A DNA stretch of 64,000 nucleotides, from positions 6,140 to 70,139 of the forward strand of contig CAYRXT010000008.1 of the NCBI GenBank assembly GCA_964428315.1. The letters are read 5' to 3'. This document shows, in pieces, positions 38,879 through 49,512 of this stretch. The position numbers and the translations under genes were made by a program. Below the pieces are notes generated by a model. The model searched no databases. It was not told the DNA's origin and worked only from the letters and a program-made list of their open reading frames with translations. Each line of letters opens with the position of its first letter. Within the stretch, counting starts at the first letter, position 1. The DNA is from an uncultured Planctomycetales bacterium. Its GTDB lineage: Bacteria > Omnitrophota > Gorgyraeia > Zapsychrales > CAYRXT01.

Positions 38879-40071
38879 GTCAGGTTGGCCCATTTCGCCC
38901 ATTGTTCCGTTAACGCCATCCCGCGTTTAAAGGCAAATTCCGGATGATAACCCAGAACCGAACGGGCCTTGCTGTTATCAAAAACGGCCCGGCTTTGCAT
39001 CATCCTGAAATGGATACGGTTCGGATAACGTGCGGTTCGAACCTTGCCGGAAGGAGCGGAAAGGACGATGGGTTTGGCTGTTTCATCTTCGCTTTGTCCC
39101 TTCCTATTTAAAGGAATGAACAGGGCGGCCTTAAGAGACCGGTAAGCGCTAAGAGCTCCCGGAAATAACAAAAGGACCTTCCGTGCTTTAAGACGCGATC
39201 TGTGAGCTAAGGTTTTCTCCTTTTCTTCCTGGCGAATTTTCCTTTCGATTTCTTCCGGCCTCATGAAGATTATGGCCTTTTGACCGAGCATATCGGCGTA
39301 GGTCTCGTAAAATTTCCCCCATGACACGGGCTCCGGACCGGAAATGATAAACTCCTGTCCGGCAGTCCCTTCGATAACGGACGCCAAGAGTATCCCCTGG
39401 ATGAGGTCATCGATGTAAACGGCATTGCATAACCCGCTGTTGACGGGAAGGACCACATCCTGTTCCTTCAAGCGATTTAGAGGATTGATCGTCCAGAGCA
39501 TTGAACCGGGGCCGTAGACGACACTGGGCTGGACAATGGAAACGGGCAGTCCCTCGTGATAGAAGCGCTTGGCCATCTTCTCCGCCTTATATTTGCTGGC
39601 CGCGTAATCACTTTTGGTCGGGTCATAGGCGGAATCCTCGTTGATTCGCCCCTCTTCTAAGGATTTATAATGGGCGACCGTGCTGACATGGACAACCCGC
39701 CTAACCTTTTCTTCCTTGGCACAGCGGAAAACATTTCGAGTCCCGGTCAAATTGGTCTTGGCTGTTTTTCGCGCGTCCTCCGGCCCGGCATAGGCCCAGG
39801 CGCAGTGGAAGACAAGATCGCATCCGCGCATGGCCTTGCGCAACGCGGCTGGTTCGGTGATGTCCGCTTTTTGGATATCAAGAGTAAATCTGGCCAGTCC
39901 GGAACACCGGCTGAAATTACGGACAGGAACAGTCACCTTGGCCTGGTGGTCGAGAATCAGTTTTTCAACCAGTCGGCCTCCTATGAATCCGGTGCCGCCC
40001 GTTACGAGCACCTTTTTCCCTTTTAGCTGGGAAAGCCTGTGCGCGGTATTCATTGTGTTTGTTTTGTTCAT
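38875..40071 (-). CDS. NAD-dependent epimerase/dehydratase
   Basis: TGGTGFIG, YAASK and VYGP motifs. Confidence 0.88.
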   Translation of the reverse strand: MNKTNTMNTAHRLSQLKGKKVLVTGGTGFIGGRLVEKLILDHQAKVTVPVRNFSRCSGLARFTLDIQKADITEPAALRKAMRGCDLVFHCAWAYAGPEDARKTAKTNLTGTRNVFRCAKEEKVRRVVHVSTVAHYKSLEEGRINEDSAYDPTKSDYAASKYKAEKMAKRFYHEGLPVSIVQPSVVYGPGSMLWTINPLNRLKEQDVVLPVNSGLCNAVYIDDLIQGILLASVIEGTAGQEFIISGPEPVSWGKFYETYADMLGQKAIIFMRPEEIERKIRQEEKEKTLAHRSRLKARKVLLLFPGALSAYRSLKAALFIPLNRKGQSEDETAKPIVLSAPSGKVRTARYPNRIHFRMMQSRAVFDNSKARSVLGYHPEFAFKRGMALTEQWAKWANLT

Positions 40072-41096
40072 GGGGTCATCCATGGCTGTTCGAGCGGTTT
40101 CCGGTTGTTGAAGCATGCTTCAATCGCGGCCACAGATCTCATGCCGTCTTCACCTGAAATGTAAGGTTCGGCATTTTGCACGATGGCTCTTCCGAAGTCT
40201 TCAATAAGCTCCTTGACGATAAAGGTGTAATCATTTTGAGGAGGAGCATGTTCCATGCAGACGCGGCCCTCAAGGAACATCGGTGTCTCGCAAGATATTT
40301 TGACGGGAGGATTCGCCCATTGCGCCCCGACTTCAAGTGATCCTTTTGTACCGTTAATTCGATAGGTCTTGCGAAGAACCCGCGTCCGGCTCAGTTCGAT
40401 AACGCCGCGGGCTCCGTTTTTCAGCTTAATTTCACACAGGCAGTTTGCATCTACGCCGCCGAAAGAGTCGTCAAAATAGGCCGCCGACTCGTAATCTCCG
40501 AACCACCACAGCATAAGATCCACAACATGCGGCCCGATGTCGTGCCATACGCCCCCGCCCATGTTTTTCAAAAACGGCCGGAGGGTGGTTGAAGGCCACC
40601 AGTAGTAGCCCCCCTCGCGGAAATCGAAAGAACGGACCTCTCCGATGAAGCCTTTATCTAGGATGTCTTTAACATACCGGTGTGCGTGGAAAAAGCGTTT
40701 AGCCAGAATAACCGAAAGCTTCCTGCCGTTTTTGCGGGCGGCCGATATCATGCCCTGGCATTCCTCAGCCGTTAGGGCCATGGGTTTTTCGATAAGGACA
40801 TGTTTACCGTTATTCAGCAAATCGACAGTCATGGGCGCGTGAAGATGATTGGGTGTCGCAACAATGGCCGCGTCGAATTCGTCCATGATATCGCGGTAAT
40901 CACAGGATGTGCGCGGATTGCCGGAACGGCGCGATAATGCGGCCAGTCTTGTTTCATCCTTGTCGACTAGATGGGAAAGCGAAAAGACGTCCGAGGCGAG
41001 TGCGGCCGGGATATGCAGTCGTTCAGCGACGGCGCCGCAGCCGATGACAGCCAATCGAAGCTTCCCTCCGCTGTCGTTTATCCTCTCATGGTGCAT
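40068..41096 (-). CDS. Gfo/Idh/MocA family oxidoreductase
   Basis: IGCG, ATPN.LH, EKPMA and GGG..D.G.H..D motifs. Confidence 0.92.
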   Translation of the reverse strand: MHHERINDSGGKLRLAVIGCGAVAERLHIPAALASDVFSLSHLVDKDETRLAALSRRSGNPRTSCDYRDIMDEFDAAIVATPNHLHAPMTVDLLNNGKHVLIEKPMALTAEECQGMISAARKNGRKLSVILAKRFFHAHRYVKDILDKGFIGEVRSFDFREGGYYWWPSTTLRPFLKNMGGGVWHDIGPHVVDLMLWWFGDYESAAYFDDSFGGVDANCLCEIKLKNGARGVIELSRTRVLRKTYRINGTKGSLEVGAQWANPPVKISCETPMFLEGRVCMEHAPPQNDYTFIVKELIEDFGRAIVQNAEPYISGEDGMRSVAAIEACFNNRKPLEQPWMTP

Positions 41097-42105
41097 TTGA
41101 AAGCTCCGACCGGTTTTCGATTTTTAAACCGCAGCGTTTTCTTTCCATCAAAAACCTGTACCATTTTGCGCTCACAGTCTTTCTTTTATAATAATGCGGA
41201 GCGAGGATATAGAATCTGGGTGTGCCGAGTTTATTTAGGAAATATGAATTGAGATCTTCCGCCATCTCTTCAAAGATCCGCCGGCTTTTGACAACTGTTT
41301 TGAATTGCGGGATAAGCCGATCTATTGATCGTGGCGTCAGGCAGGTGATTCTGTCATCGGAGGCGATATACGCCAGGAGCTGCTCAAGGCGTGATAGTTC
41401 TTTTCCCGTGATCATCCATGAATGATAGGTGATCTGCATAAAGAAGTCATGGCGCGTTGTTGTCCGGGAAAGATATTCAGGGAGGACGAATATCTCCTCA
41501 TCACGCAGGACGTAATCGATCAGGGTCATCGATTCGTTGCTTTCGGATGTATTCGAGCAAAGCACGAATTCAAAACCGGCTTCCGACAGCAGTTCGAGTG
41601 CCGTGATGTTAAGCCGGTCCCAGGGAAAGATGAAGGTCTTAATATCACGGTCGAATATCTCTTCAAGATGCGCCTTGCCTTCCTTTATGGCGGACGCCTG
41701 TTCCTCGCGTTTGAGGCCGTTGAATTCGCTGTAACCTTCCGGGTTTTCCGGCTTATAGGGGAGCCAGTCGCGGTCGATCCCCCGGCAAGACTTTTTCTCA
41801 GCGCCCTTTTGATCCAAACGGCTGGGATGATAACAGTTGGTCTGATGCGTGAAGCCGTGCTGGGCAATCTCAATGATTCCGTTTTCCGCGCAGACTTTGA
41901 GAAGGCCGCACAAAGGGGTATTCTCCGCCAACGGATGAAACTTCGTTCCACGGTGATCATGCGGGTCTTCAGCGACCCTGGGGATGACCCCGATAACCTG
42001 CGGTATGCGGTATTTCTTGAAAAGGGAAAGGATATAATCTTCCTTTCCATGGTCACTCAAGGCGCAGATATCGTCGTTCCTTATTAATAGATAAACTCTT
42101 CCCAT
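41086..42105 (-). CDS. DUF2334 / polysaccharide deacetylase family protein
   Basis: IRNDD, EIAQHGFTH, SEF.G and F.FPW motifs. Confidence 0.8.
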   Translation of the reverse strand: MGRVYLLIRNDDICALSDHGKEDYILSLFKKYRIPQVIGVIPRVAEDPHDHRGTKFHPLAENTPLCGLLKVCAENGIIEIAQHGFTHQTNCYHPSRLDQKGAEKKSCRGIDRDWLPYKPENPEGYSEFNGLKREEQASAIKEGKAHLEEIFDRDIKTFIFPWDRLNITALELLSEAGFEFVLCSNTSESNESMTLIDYVLRDEEIFVLPEYLSRTTTRHDFFMQITYHSWMITGKELSRLEQLLAYIASDDRITCLTPRSIDRLIPQFKTVVKSRRIFEEMAEDLNSYFLNKLGTPRFYILAPHYYKRKTVSAKWYRFLMERKRCGLKIENRSELSNAP

Positions 42106-42127
42106 GCAGGCACCCCTCTATGCCATC

Positions 42128-42286
42128 TTAGAACAGCGTGTAAATAAACGGCGCGACGGCGGACGACTGGGTGAAGATCATCAGGAAGCTCATCAGGAGC
42201 AGGAACAGGATGATCGGGGCCAGCCAGAAGCGCTTGCGCACGCTCAGGAATTCCCAGAATTCCTTGACGATAGACAGTTTTGACAT
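42128..42286 (-). CDS. DUF5989 family small membrane protein (52 aa; not in the ORF track)
   Basis: Hand translation MSKLSIVKEFWEFLSVRKRFWLAPIILFLLLMSFLMIFTQSSAVAPFIYTLF; RBS AAGGA. Confidence 0.85.
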   Translation of the reverse strand: MSKLSIVKEFWEFLSVRKRFWLAPIILFLLLMSFLMIFTQSSAVAPFIYTLF

Positions 42287-42302
42287 TTCGCTTTCCTTTC
42301 TT

Positions 42303-43550
42303 CTATGAACTTTTCCGCATATCCCACCGGCTTTGCGGCAGGAGGACCGGGCCGCCTTTGATATTCGCCGTGCCGGCGTCTATGTTAAAGACCCCCTCCT
42401 TTTTGACAAGGTACGGGTGGATCATGTCCTTGTCCCAGACGGATATCTTCGTAAAATAGATCCCCGGGGCGAGATTGTGGTCGCTGACGAGGATGTCCAG
42501 CTTCCCTTCGCCCGTTTCACGGGGCACGGCGTAACCGGCGTCCTTCGTGCTCGATGAACAGCACAGGATGCCGTCGGAACGGATGATCTCGTAGGCGAAG
42601 GCGACATCCTCGATGTCTTTCTTGATGCGGTAATCGACGCGGATCCCGATGGGCTCGCCCACGGCAAAGGACTCGGCCGGTAATCCGTTCTCTTGTCTCA
42701 GACCGACCGAGTGAATATGAATAAATTCCTCTTCTTCCATTTCCAGCTGATAGGTGGATTTGCTGATCTGTTGTTTGAGTTCCTCTTCCCTTCCCTTGGA
42801 GACGAGATTTTCGTAGAACGGCATGACCTCTTCGGGGTAGCCCTCCTTGAGGATCTGCCCCTTGTCCAGGAGGATGATCCGCTCGCAGAGGCTCTGGACC
42901 AGCGGGATATTATGCGAGATGAAAATGACGGTGGCCCCGGAACTGAGAAGCTCGCGCATCTTTCTCACGCATTTGGTCTGGAACGTCATATCTCCCACCG
43001 AAAGCACCTCGTCCACCAGCAGGATGTCAGGATCGACATGCGCCGCGACCGCGAATCCGAGGCGCGCCATCATTCCCGAAGAATAGCGTTTGACCGGCGT
43101 GTCGATGAATTCCCGCACCCCGGAAAATTCGACGATTTGCTCGTATTTCTGCTCGATCTCATCGCGCGTCATCCCGTAGATGGCCCCGTTGAAATAGATA
43201 TTTTCGCGTCCGGTGAAGTCGGGGTGGAAACCCGCGGTGATCTCGATCAGGGCGGACAGGCGTCCCTTGATCTTCATGTCTCCCTTGTCGGGCCTCATCA
43301 GCTTCGAGAGGAGCTTGAGGATCGTGCTTTTCCCGGCGCCGTTGGGGCCTATGATCCCCAGGACCTCCCCCTTTTTCACGGAAAAGGTGACGTCCCTGAT
43401 GGCCCAGAATTCAGATTTGTTCAGCCCGTTCGCGGCCCCTCGTCCGGCGACCACACCCTTGGCGATCTTGGGGATGAGGTCGCGCAGGGCGTAGACCTTG
43501 TCGCCTTTGCGGAACTTTTTCGAGATATTGTTGAATTCGATGGCATTCAT
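42303..43550 (-). CDS. wzt: Polysaccharide ABC transporter ATP-binding protein with Wzt C-terminal domain
   Basis: GPNGAGKST, YSSGM..RLGF and VDEVLSVGD motifs; C-terminal beta domain. Confidence 0.93.
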   Translation of the reverse strand: MNAIEFNNISKKFRKGDKVYALRDLIPKIAKGVVAGRGAANGLNKSEFWAIRDVTFSVKKGEVLGIIGPNGAGKSTILKLLSKLMRPDKGDMKIKGRLSALIEITAGFHPDFTGRENIYFNGAIYGMTRDEIEQKYEQIVEFSGVREFIDTPVKRYSSGMMARLGFAVAAHVDPDILLVDEVLSVGDMTFQTKCVRKMRELLSSGATVIFISHNIPLVQSLCERIILLDKGQILKEGYPEEVMPFYENLVSKGREEELKQQISKSTYQLEMEEEEFIHIHSVGLRQENGLPAESFAVGEPIGIRVDYRIKKDIEDVAFAYEIIRSDGILCCSSSTKDAGYAVPRETGEGKLDILVSDHNLAPGIYFTKISVWDKDMIHPYLVKKEGVFNIDAGTANIKGGPVLLPQSRWDMRKSS

Positions 43551-43655
43551 TGAAGCTCCAGAGTTTAGAAGTTAGTGAATGAGTCTTTAGTGTAAGAAGC
43601 CCTGCCGATCCGTTTGATATAAGTGAGCTCCCGGGGAGTTCTTTCAGATTGCCTT

Positions 43656-43725
43656 TCCCGACGACACATCCTGAAGGATCTTATTGATCCGTCACCGCTG
43701 CGCTCCTCGGGATGAGTCGTCGGGA
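43656..43725. repeat. Intergenic imperfect inverted repeat (REP-like)
   Basis: TCCCGACGAC.CATCC.GA.GGATC ... GATCC...CTCGGGATGAGTCGTCGGGA. Confidence 0.5.
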
Positions 43726-43752
43726 GATGTTGTCCAGAAACTCGACGCCCCC

Positions 43753-44538
43753 TCATATACATTCCGCGAACTTCGGCTCCGCCTTCTGGAAGATGTTCCA
43801 CGCACCGAAGAAGACGGCCACGGCGAAAACCGCGGCGTAGAGAACCCACAGCATCTCGGGCGGCTGGTGCATCACCACGACCCGGTTGATGTTCTCCAGT
43901 ATGGCGCCGACCGGATTGATCATCAGCACCGTCTTCCATTTGCCGAACATGTCCGCGTCGTAAAAGACCGGAGTAAAAAATATGCCGAACGTCAGAAGGA
44001 CGTCGATGACGTATTTCACGTCGCGGTAAAACAGGTTGCCGCACGAGAGGATGATCGCCAGGCCCGAGGTCAGCAAGAACAGGATGAAGAGCAAAACCGG
44101 GTACCATAAAAACTGGACGCTCAACCCGATGCCCGAAAACAAAAAGATGACCGAAAAGGCCGCCAGGGCGATAAGGAAGTCGAAGAACGCGCCCAGGACA
44201 TACGATAACGGGAATATCGCGCGAGGAAAATAGACCTTGGCCACCAGCCCCATGTTCGTGACCAGAGACGGCACGGCGAATTTCAGGGCGCTGACGAAAA
44301 AGGCCCAGGGAAGAGCCTTGACCGAGACCGAGATGATGCTGGAGAATTCCATAGGCTGTCCCGACAGGATTGACATGGCCTTCTTAACGATGATCCCTGA
44401 TAGGACGATCACGATCGGCATGAACAGTGCCCACAGGAATCCCATAACGGTCTGTTTGTATTTGATCTTGATGTTGCGCGTGACAAATGCGTACAGAAGC
44501 TGGCGGTAACCGTAGAGTTCCTTGATCATTTCATTCAT
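43753..44538 (-). CDS. wzm: Polysaccharide ABC transporter permease
   Basis: KYKQT.MG..W...P, KVYFPR, YRDV, TPVFY and NP motifs. Confidence 0.93.
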   Translation of the reverse strand: MNEMIKELYGYRQLLYAFVTRNIKIKYKQTVMGFLWALFMPIVIVLSGIIVKKAMSILSGQPMEFSSIISVSVKALPWAFFVSALKFAVPSLVTNMGLVAKVYFPRAIFPLSYVLGAFFDFLIALAAFSVIFLFSGIGLSVQFLWYPVLLFILFLLTSGLAIILSCGNLFYRDVKYVIDVLLTFGIFFTPVFYDADMFGKWKTVLMINPVGAILENINRVVVMHQPPEMLWVLYAAVFAVAVFFGAWNIFQKAEPKFAECI

Positions 44539-44573
44539 AGAATCAGTCTTTCCTTTTTTGGGTTAATGAGGTA

Positions 44574-45830
44574 TTACACTCCCACCTTGAATATCAGATA
44601 CGCGAAGGACAGGACACCGACCGACATCATCAGGATCAGGACATAGTCGCGTTTGACCAATTGAAAATCAAGCTCGGGGTTCTGTCTCCTGGCCGCATAA
44701 AAGAGGGAGCCGGCCAGGGCAAACAGCATGTAAGGCACGATGACATAAGACCGGGAAAGGAAAAAGGCGGCCGAACAAAAACCGACAAGCGCCGCCTGCA
44801 GGCCGTAAGCATAGTCCGCCAGCCGTGGCTCCTTGTTTTGTATGACCGTCATTTGCTTGATCGAGACATAGATCAATCCCATCCAGAAAAACAGCCCGAC
44901 CAGCCCGAGTTCGGCTCCTACCAGGATATAGGAGTTGTGCGCGGTCTGGGGCAGGTCGTTCATGAACATGTCATAACCTACCCCGAACAAGGGGTTGGAC
45001 TTGAGCATGGCCAGGCCCTGGTACCAAAGCTCGATGCGCGTGTAGGCCGACGCCTCCGTCATGGTGATCAGTCCCAGACGGGAAGGCCCGAGGGCGAATA
45101 TGGCCGCGGCCGCGCCTACACCCAGTATGCCCCCAAGGATAAAATGGCGGGTCTTGCGGATAAAATAAAACCCGAAGGCCGCGATCAACGCAAGGATGCC
45201 GCCGCGGGAATTGGTCAGATAGATCCCATAAAACAGCAGGCCGATCATCGGTACGGACAGTGTCTTGATAAAAAAATTGGCGCCGCCGAACAGAAAGGCC
45301 AGGGTTATTCCCGATGCGACGACAAAGATAAGAGCCAGATCGTTGGGGTCGTTGAAAATGCCAACCCAGTTGATGCGCACGTCTTCCGGGGTATACCCGA
45401 CGGTGGGCAGCTGTCCGGCCCACCCGCGGCCGGTCTCGATCTGGTGCATCCCCTGGAAGACAAGGATGAGGATCAGGGCGACGATAAACCATATGCCGGT
45501 CTTGACTTTGCGTTCCGTGTTCATGACGTTGAGGATCAGGAAGAAAAGGATCAGGATGATCAGAAACCCCTTGGCCGTGAAGATCAGCCCGCCCAGATAG
45601 GTGTGCGCGACATGCGACATGAGGGCGCTGGCAAACAGGCCGAGCATGAAGACATTCTGCGGGACCTTCACGAACGCGGGCTTCTTTGTGATGAACCGTT
45701 CGCAAAGCATGGCATACGCAGTGGCCAGGGCCAGGCCGTTGACCAGAGGCCAGCCCCGCACGGCCTCCAGCCAGTCCTGCGGACGGATGAAGGTCACGAA
45801 AAGATACATGAGAAGGAAGAGAAAACTCAT
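44574..45830 (-). CDS. O-antigen ligase / Wzy_C family protein (putative exosortase-associated O-glycosylation ligase)
   Basis: RPQD, F.DPND, T.SRGG, SA..R...W, PLFGVG and AHNSY...AELG..G motifs. Confidence 0.88.
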   Translation of the reverse strand: MSFLFLLMYLFVTFIRPQDWLEAVRGWPLVNGLALATAYAMLCERFITKKPAFVKVPQNVFMLGLFASALMSHVAHTYLGGLIFTAKGFLIILILFFLILNVMNTERKVKTGIWFIVALILILVFQGMHQIETGRGWAGQLPTVGYTPEDVRINWVGIFNDPNDLALIFVVASGITLAFLFGGANFFIKTLSVPMIGLLFYGIYLTNSRGGILALIAAFGFYFIRKTRHFILGGILGVGAAAAIFALGPSRLGLITMTEASAYTRIELWYQGLAMLKSNPLFGVGYDMFMNDLPQTAHNSYILVGAELGLVGLFFWMGLIYVSIKQMTVIQNKEPRLADYAYGLQAALVGFCSAAFFLSRSYVIVPYMLFALAGSLFYAARRQNPELDFQLVKRDYVLILMMSVGVLSFAYLIFKVGV

Positions 45831-47179
45831 CCCTCCCCCCTTCCGGCCGATAGGGTTTTGTGATTATGCCGGATCTCGGCATTGATCTTCTCCGCAGTGC
45901 GCTTGCCGCTGAGGATGCTGTGGTCCATGTTGAAATATTCCCATTCACCGAAACGGCCGCACGGATATATGCCTTTGGAATGAAGAAAACCGTGTATCGT
46001 GTCCACGTTTTTGCGGTGGTCAAGGTCGTAGATCACGTAGGCGTATTTCATCGAAAGGATGTCACGCACGGGGATATTGTCATCCTCGCGGAGGATCCCG
46101 GCCTTGATGAGGTCGTCGATGGTCCTCTTGATGATGTTGGCCTTGCCCTTGACCTCGAGCGGTCTGAACTTGGAATAGGCGATCTCGCAACAGAGGGAAC
46201 TCTTCCCCCTGGGAGCGACATTGTCGGAAAAGGTCATCGGAAAACTGAGCCGGTGGAAAATAAAATCCTTTTCGTAAAAGTAAAGCCAGTGGTACGGCGA
46301 GATGTTGTCCCGGTCGACGCCCAGGTTCACGCAGACGATCGAATTGTGCTGAAGGGCCCGGGCCGCCTGTTTGACGTTATCCGGGGTATCGTCAAGCATT
46401 TCGACGATCACGGGAAGCGGGAGCGTCGAGATCAGTCGTTCGTATTTCAGGGCTGTTTTGTCGGCGAATTCGACGTTTTTTTGGTCCACCCTGATCCTGG
46501 ACGCCTTTTTGTTTAAATGGATGTTTTCCACCTTTTCGGCCAGGGCTGTTGGCAGGGATTCGATTCCGCCGTAAACCGGGTACCAGAAATCGTTGTTGAA
46601 TCCCTCCAGGCTGGTCGTGTCCTTAAGGGCGCCGTCAAGCACCCTTGAAAAATCGGGCGTGGGCACGCGCCGGTCGATCCAATCATAATTCATGCCCTTG
46701 GGACTGATAGTCCATATCCTCTCCGAATAAGGGATCATGAGGTGTTCGGCGATCCCCCGGCCGAACCTCTGGTAGATCCATTCTTCGTAATTGTCCGGAC
46801 GTTTTTTATCAGGATTCCGGATGACCTCGGCGAGCCCTTTCAGGCAATCGAGGATCACATCGTTAGGCAGTCCGTAAAGATGAGCCTGGAACGGGAACTG
46901 GGTGTAGAGCTTGTGTTTCAGGTGGTAGATAAAGGCCTTGCGTTTTTTGATGACTAGGTTGTCTTTCAGCAGGTCCTTGATCATCTGTTCGGCGCAGGGA
47001 TTGACCGTGTATAGGATATGCGGCGCGTAATCGAAAAGGTAGCCGTCGACCTCCTCCGAACGCGCGAGCCCCCCAATCTCGGAGTTTTTTTCGAAAACGG
47101 CGGAATCCTCCTCAAGGTGATAGGCGGCGCTTAAACCTGTTAATCCCGCGCCGAGTATGATGTTTTTTTCTGTATGCAT
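45827..47179 (-). CDS. FAD-dependent oxidoreductase (UDP-galactopyranose mutase-like / COG1232)
   Basis: GAGLTGL, FDYAPH, F.YP..GG, AYV.YD and GRFGEW.Y.NMD motifs. Confidence 0.8.
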   Translation of the reverse strand: MHTEKNIILGAGLTGLSAAYHLEEDSAVFEKNSEIGGLARSEEVDGYLFDYAPHILYTVNPCAEQMIKDLLKDNLVIKKRKAFIYHLKHKLYTQFPFQAHLYGLPNDVILDCLKGLAEVIRNPDKKRPDNYEEWIYQRFGRGIAEHLMIPYSERIWTISPKGMNYDWIDRRVPTPDFSRVLDGALKDTTSLEGFNNDFWYPVYGGIESLPTALAEKVENIHLNKKASRIRVDQKNVEFADKTALKYERLISTLPLPVIVEMLDDTPDNVKQAARALQHNSIVCVNLGVDRDNISPYHWLYFYEKDFIFHRLSFPMTFSDNVAPRGKSSLCCEIAYSKFRPLEVKGKANIIKRTIDDLIKAGILREDDNIPVRDILSMKYAYVIYDLDHRKNVDTIHGFLHSKGIYPCGRFGEWEYFNMDHSILSGKRTAEKINAEIRHNHKTLSAGRGEG

Positions 47180-47200
47180 ATTCTTGTCTTCCGGATTTAT

Positions 47201-48064
47201 TCAGGATCCGTCCTGCGCTGACAGAAATCGCGACAGCGATTCCTTCCAAGACGGTATCTCGACGTCCAATGCCCGGCTTAGTTTCCTGTTCGACAAGACC
47301 GAGAATAGCGGCCTTTTAACCTCCGCAGGGAAATCTTTGACCGACGCGGGGCGGATCTCAACGGGAAGTTTTTTGGCCTCCGCAAAGACACGCGCCAAAT
47401 CATAACGGGAACACTGTCCGCTGCTGGTCAGATGATAAAGCCCGCGCAGGTCATTTTCCAGAGCGAGCAAAGTGAGCTCCGCGGCATCGCGGGTGAATGT
47501 GGGCACTGAAACCTCGTCGTCCACAATCATCAGATAGTCTTTTTCTCTTGCCCATTGCGTCAACTTGTATAAAAAGTTCTGCCGGCCCTGTCCGATGACC
47601 CAGCTTAACCGGAAGAGAACGTATTCTTCCAGCGTTGAGCTGACGGCCTTCTCGCCTTCGAGCTTGCTTTTCCCGTAGACATTGACCGGATTGGGTCCGT
47701 CTTCCTCGATGTAGGGCTCCTTCTTCTCTCCGTCAAAGACATAATCACTGCTGAAATGCACAAGCAGGATATCCCGTTCTCTGGCCGCAACGGCGATTCT
47801 CTCCGGTCCCTGCGCGTTGACGGCCATCGCGCTCTGCGGATCCTTTTCTGCACGGTCAACCTGGTTGTAGGCGGCGCAGTTCAGGATAATGTCAGGCCGG
47901 CAGTCGTCAAGGCGCTTATGAATGCTGTCAGCGTCGGTAATATCCAGGTCATCTTCTTCCGGCGCGCAGAACGGGATCTCTTTTTCCCTGAGACAGGAGA
48001 TGAATTCGCGCGCCAGTTGTCCGGACGAGCCTGTGATGAGGAATGTTTTTTCCTTAAGTTCCAT
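47201..48064 (-). CDS. rfbD: dTDP-4-dehydrorhamnose reductase
   Basis: TGSSGQL, SDYVFDG, YGKSKLEGE and RP.FS motifs. Confidence 0.95.
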   Translation of the reverse strand: MELKEKTFLITGSSGQLAREFISCLREKEIPFCAPEEDDLDITDADSIHKRLDDCRPDIILNCAAYNQVDRAEKDPQSAMAVNAQGPERIAVAARERDILLVHFSSDYVFDGEKKEPYIEEDGPNPVNVYGKSKLEGEKAVSSTLEEYVLFRLSWVIGQGRQNFLYKLTQWAREKDYLMIVDDEVSVPTFTRDAAELTLLALENDLRGLYHLTSSGQCSRYDLARVFAEAKKLPVEIRPASVKDFPAEVKRPLFSVLSNRKLSRALDVEIPSWKESLSRFLSAQDGS

Positions 48065-48617
48065 TATAAGTGAAGTTCGATTCCAGGTTCGATAGACCCG
48101 GATAATTCGCGTCCCGCTCGCAAACTATCGGATTCTCAACGGGCCACTGTATGGCGATCTCCGGGGCGTTCCATCTAAGCCCCCTTTCGTGTTCCGGCGA
48201 ATATTCGCGGGAACAATAATAGATAACCTGCGCGCTCTGTGAAAGGACGCAGAAACCGTGGGCAAACCCTTCCGGGATATAGAGCATTTCCTTGTCTCGG
48301 TCGTTAAGCCGCCGCCCGACCCATTTCCCGTAACACGGCGAACCTTTACGCAGATCGACAGCCGCGTCGAAGATCTCGCCCTCGACGACGCTGACCATCT
48401 TCATTTGCGCCTCGGGATTAAGCTGGAAATGCAGCCCGCGCAGGACGCCTTTACGGCTTTTTGAATGATTGACCTGCTTTACCGGTGAACGCAGTCCGCT
48501 GTGGACGAAATCCGACTCCTTGAACGTCTCCAGAAAAAAACCGCGTTCATCCGAAAATATTTTCGGTGTGACGACATGCAGCCCGGGAATTTCTAATTCT
48601 TTGAACGTGAACGGCAT
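48054..48617 (-). CDS. rfbC: dTDP-4-dehydrorhamnose 3,5-epimerase
   Basis: DERGFF, LRGLHFQ, VDLR..S and YIPEGFAHGF motifs. Confidence 0.96.
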   Translation of the reverse strand: MPFTFKELEIPGLHVVTPKIFSDERGFFLETFKESDFVHSGLRSPVKQVNHSKSRKGVLRGLHFQLNPEAQMKMVSVVEGEIFDAAVDLRKGSPCYGKWVGRRLNDRDKEMLYIPEGFAHGFCVLSQSAQVIYYCSREYSPEHERGLRWNAPEIAIQWPVENPIVCERDANYPGLSNLESNFTYNGT

Positions 48618-49489
48618 TATTCGATCTCCGCGATGCGTTTGAGGTATTCCCCGTATGAGGTGTTGATGTTTCCGGCCAGCTCCAATAAGCGGTCCCGTCC
48701 GATGAAGTTTTTGATATAGGCGACCTCCTCGATGCAGCCGATCTTCAGCCCCTGCCGCTCTTCCACTGTCTTGATGAACATGGAAGCGTCAATCAACGAA
48801 TCATACGTGCCGGTGTCCAGCCAGGCGTAGCCCCGGCCCAGCGGCATGATGTTTAACCGTCTGTTTTTCAGGTAGTCCTGTATGACATCAGTGATTTCCA
48901 GCTCTCCCCGCCCTGATGGCTTGAGTGCCTTGGCGATGTTGACGCAATCATTGTCAAAGAAATACAGCCCGGTGACGGCCCAGTTGGATTTGGGCTGCCG
49001 GGGCTTTTCTTCTATGGACACGGCCTTCCAGTCCCGGTCGAACTCAACGACGCCGTAGCGTCGGGGGTCACGCACAAAATAGGCGAAAATGGTTGATTGC
49101 GGCTTGTCTACCGCCTGGCGCAGGCATTCGGACAGTCCGTGTCCGAAAAAGACGTTATCACCGAGTATCAAGGCCACTCTGTCCTCACCGATAAACTCTT
49201 CTCCGATGATAAGGGAATCCGCCAGACCGCGAGGACTTTCCTGTTCGGCGTAGGTTATGTTTATCCCTATGTGACCGCCGTCTCCCAGCAGGTCCTTGAA
49301 CCGCGGCAGGGCCTGCGGCGTCGAGATCAACAGGATATCCTTTATCCCGGCCAGCATCAGGACCGACAGGGGATAATAGATCATCGGTTTGTCATAGACG
49401 GGAAGAAGCTGTTTGGACACGCCTTTGGTAATGGGATAAAGGCGGGTTGCTCGGCCGCCAGCGAGAATAATGCCTTTGGTTTTTGTCAT
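48617..49489 (-). CDS. rfbA: Glucose-1-phosphate thymidylyltransferase
   Basis: [32 protein letters not shown] and WLDTGT motifs. Confidence 0.97.
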   Translation of the reverse strand: MTKTKGIILAGGRATRLYPITKGVSKQLLPVYDKPMIYYPLSVLMLAGIKDILLISTPQALPRFKDLLGDGGHIGINITYAEQESPRGLADSLIIGEEFIGEDRVALILGDNVFFGHGLSECLRQAVDKPQSTIFAYFVRDPRRYGVVEFDRDWKAVSIEEKPRQPKSNWAVTGLYFFDNDCVNIAKALKPSGRGELEITDVIQDYLKNRRLNIMPLGRGYAWLDTGTYDSLIDASMFIKTVEERQGLKIGCIEEVAYIKNFIGRDRLLELAGNINTSYGEYLKRIAEIE

Positions 49490-49512
49490 GAACGACGGTC
49501 CTTTCAATTGAA

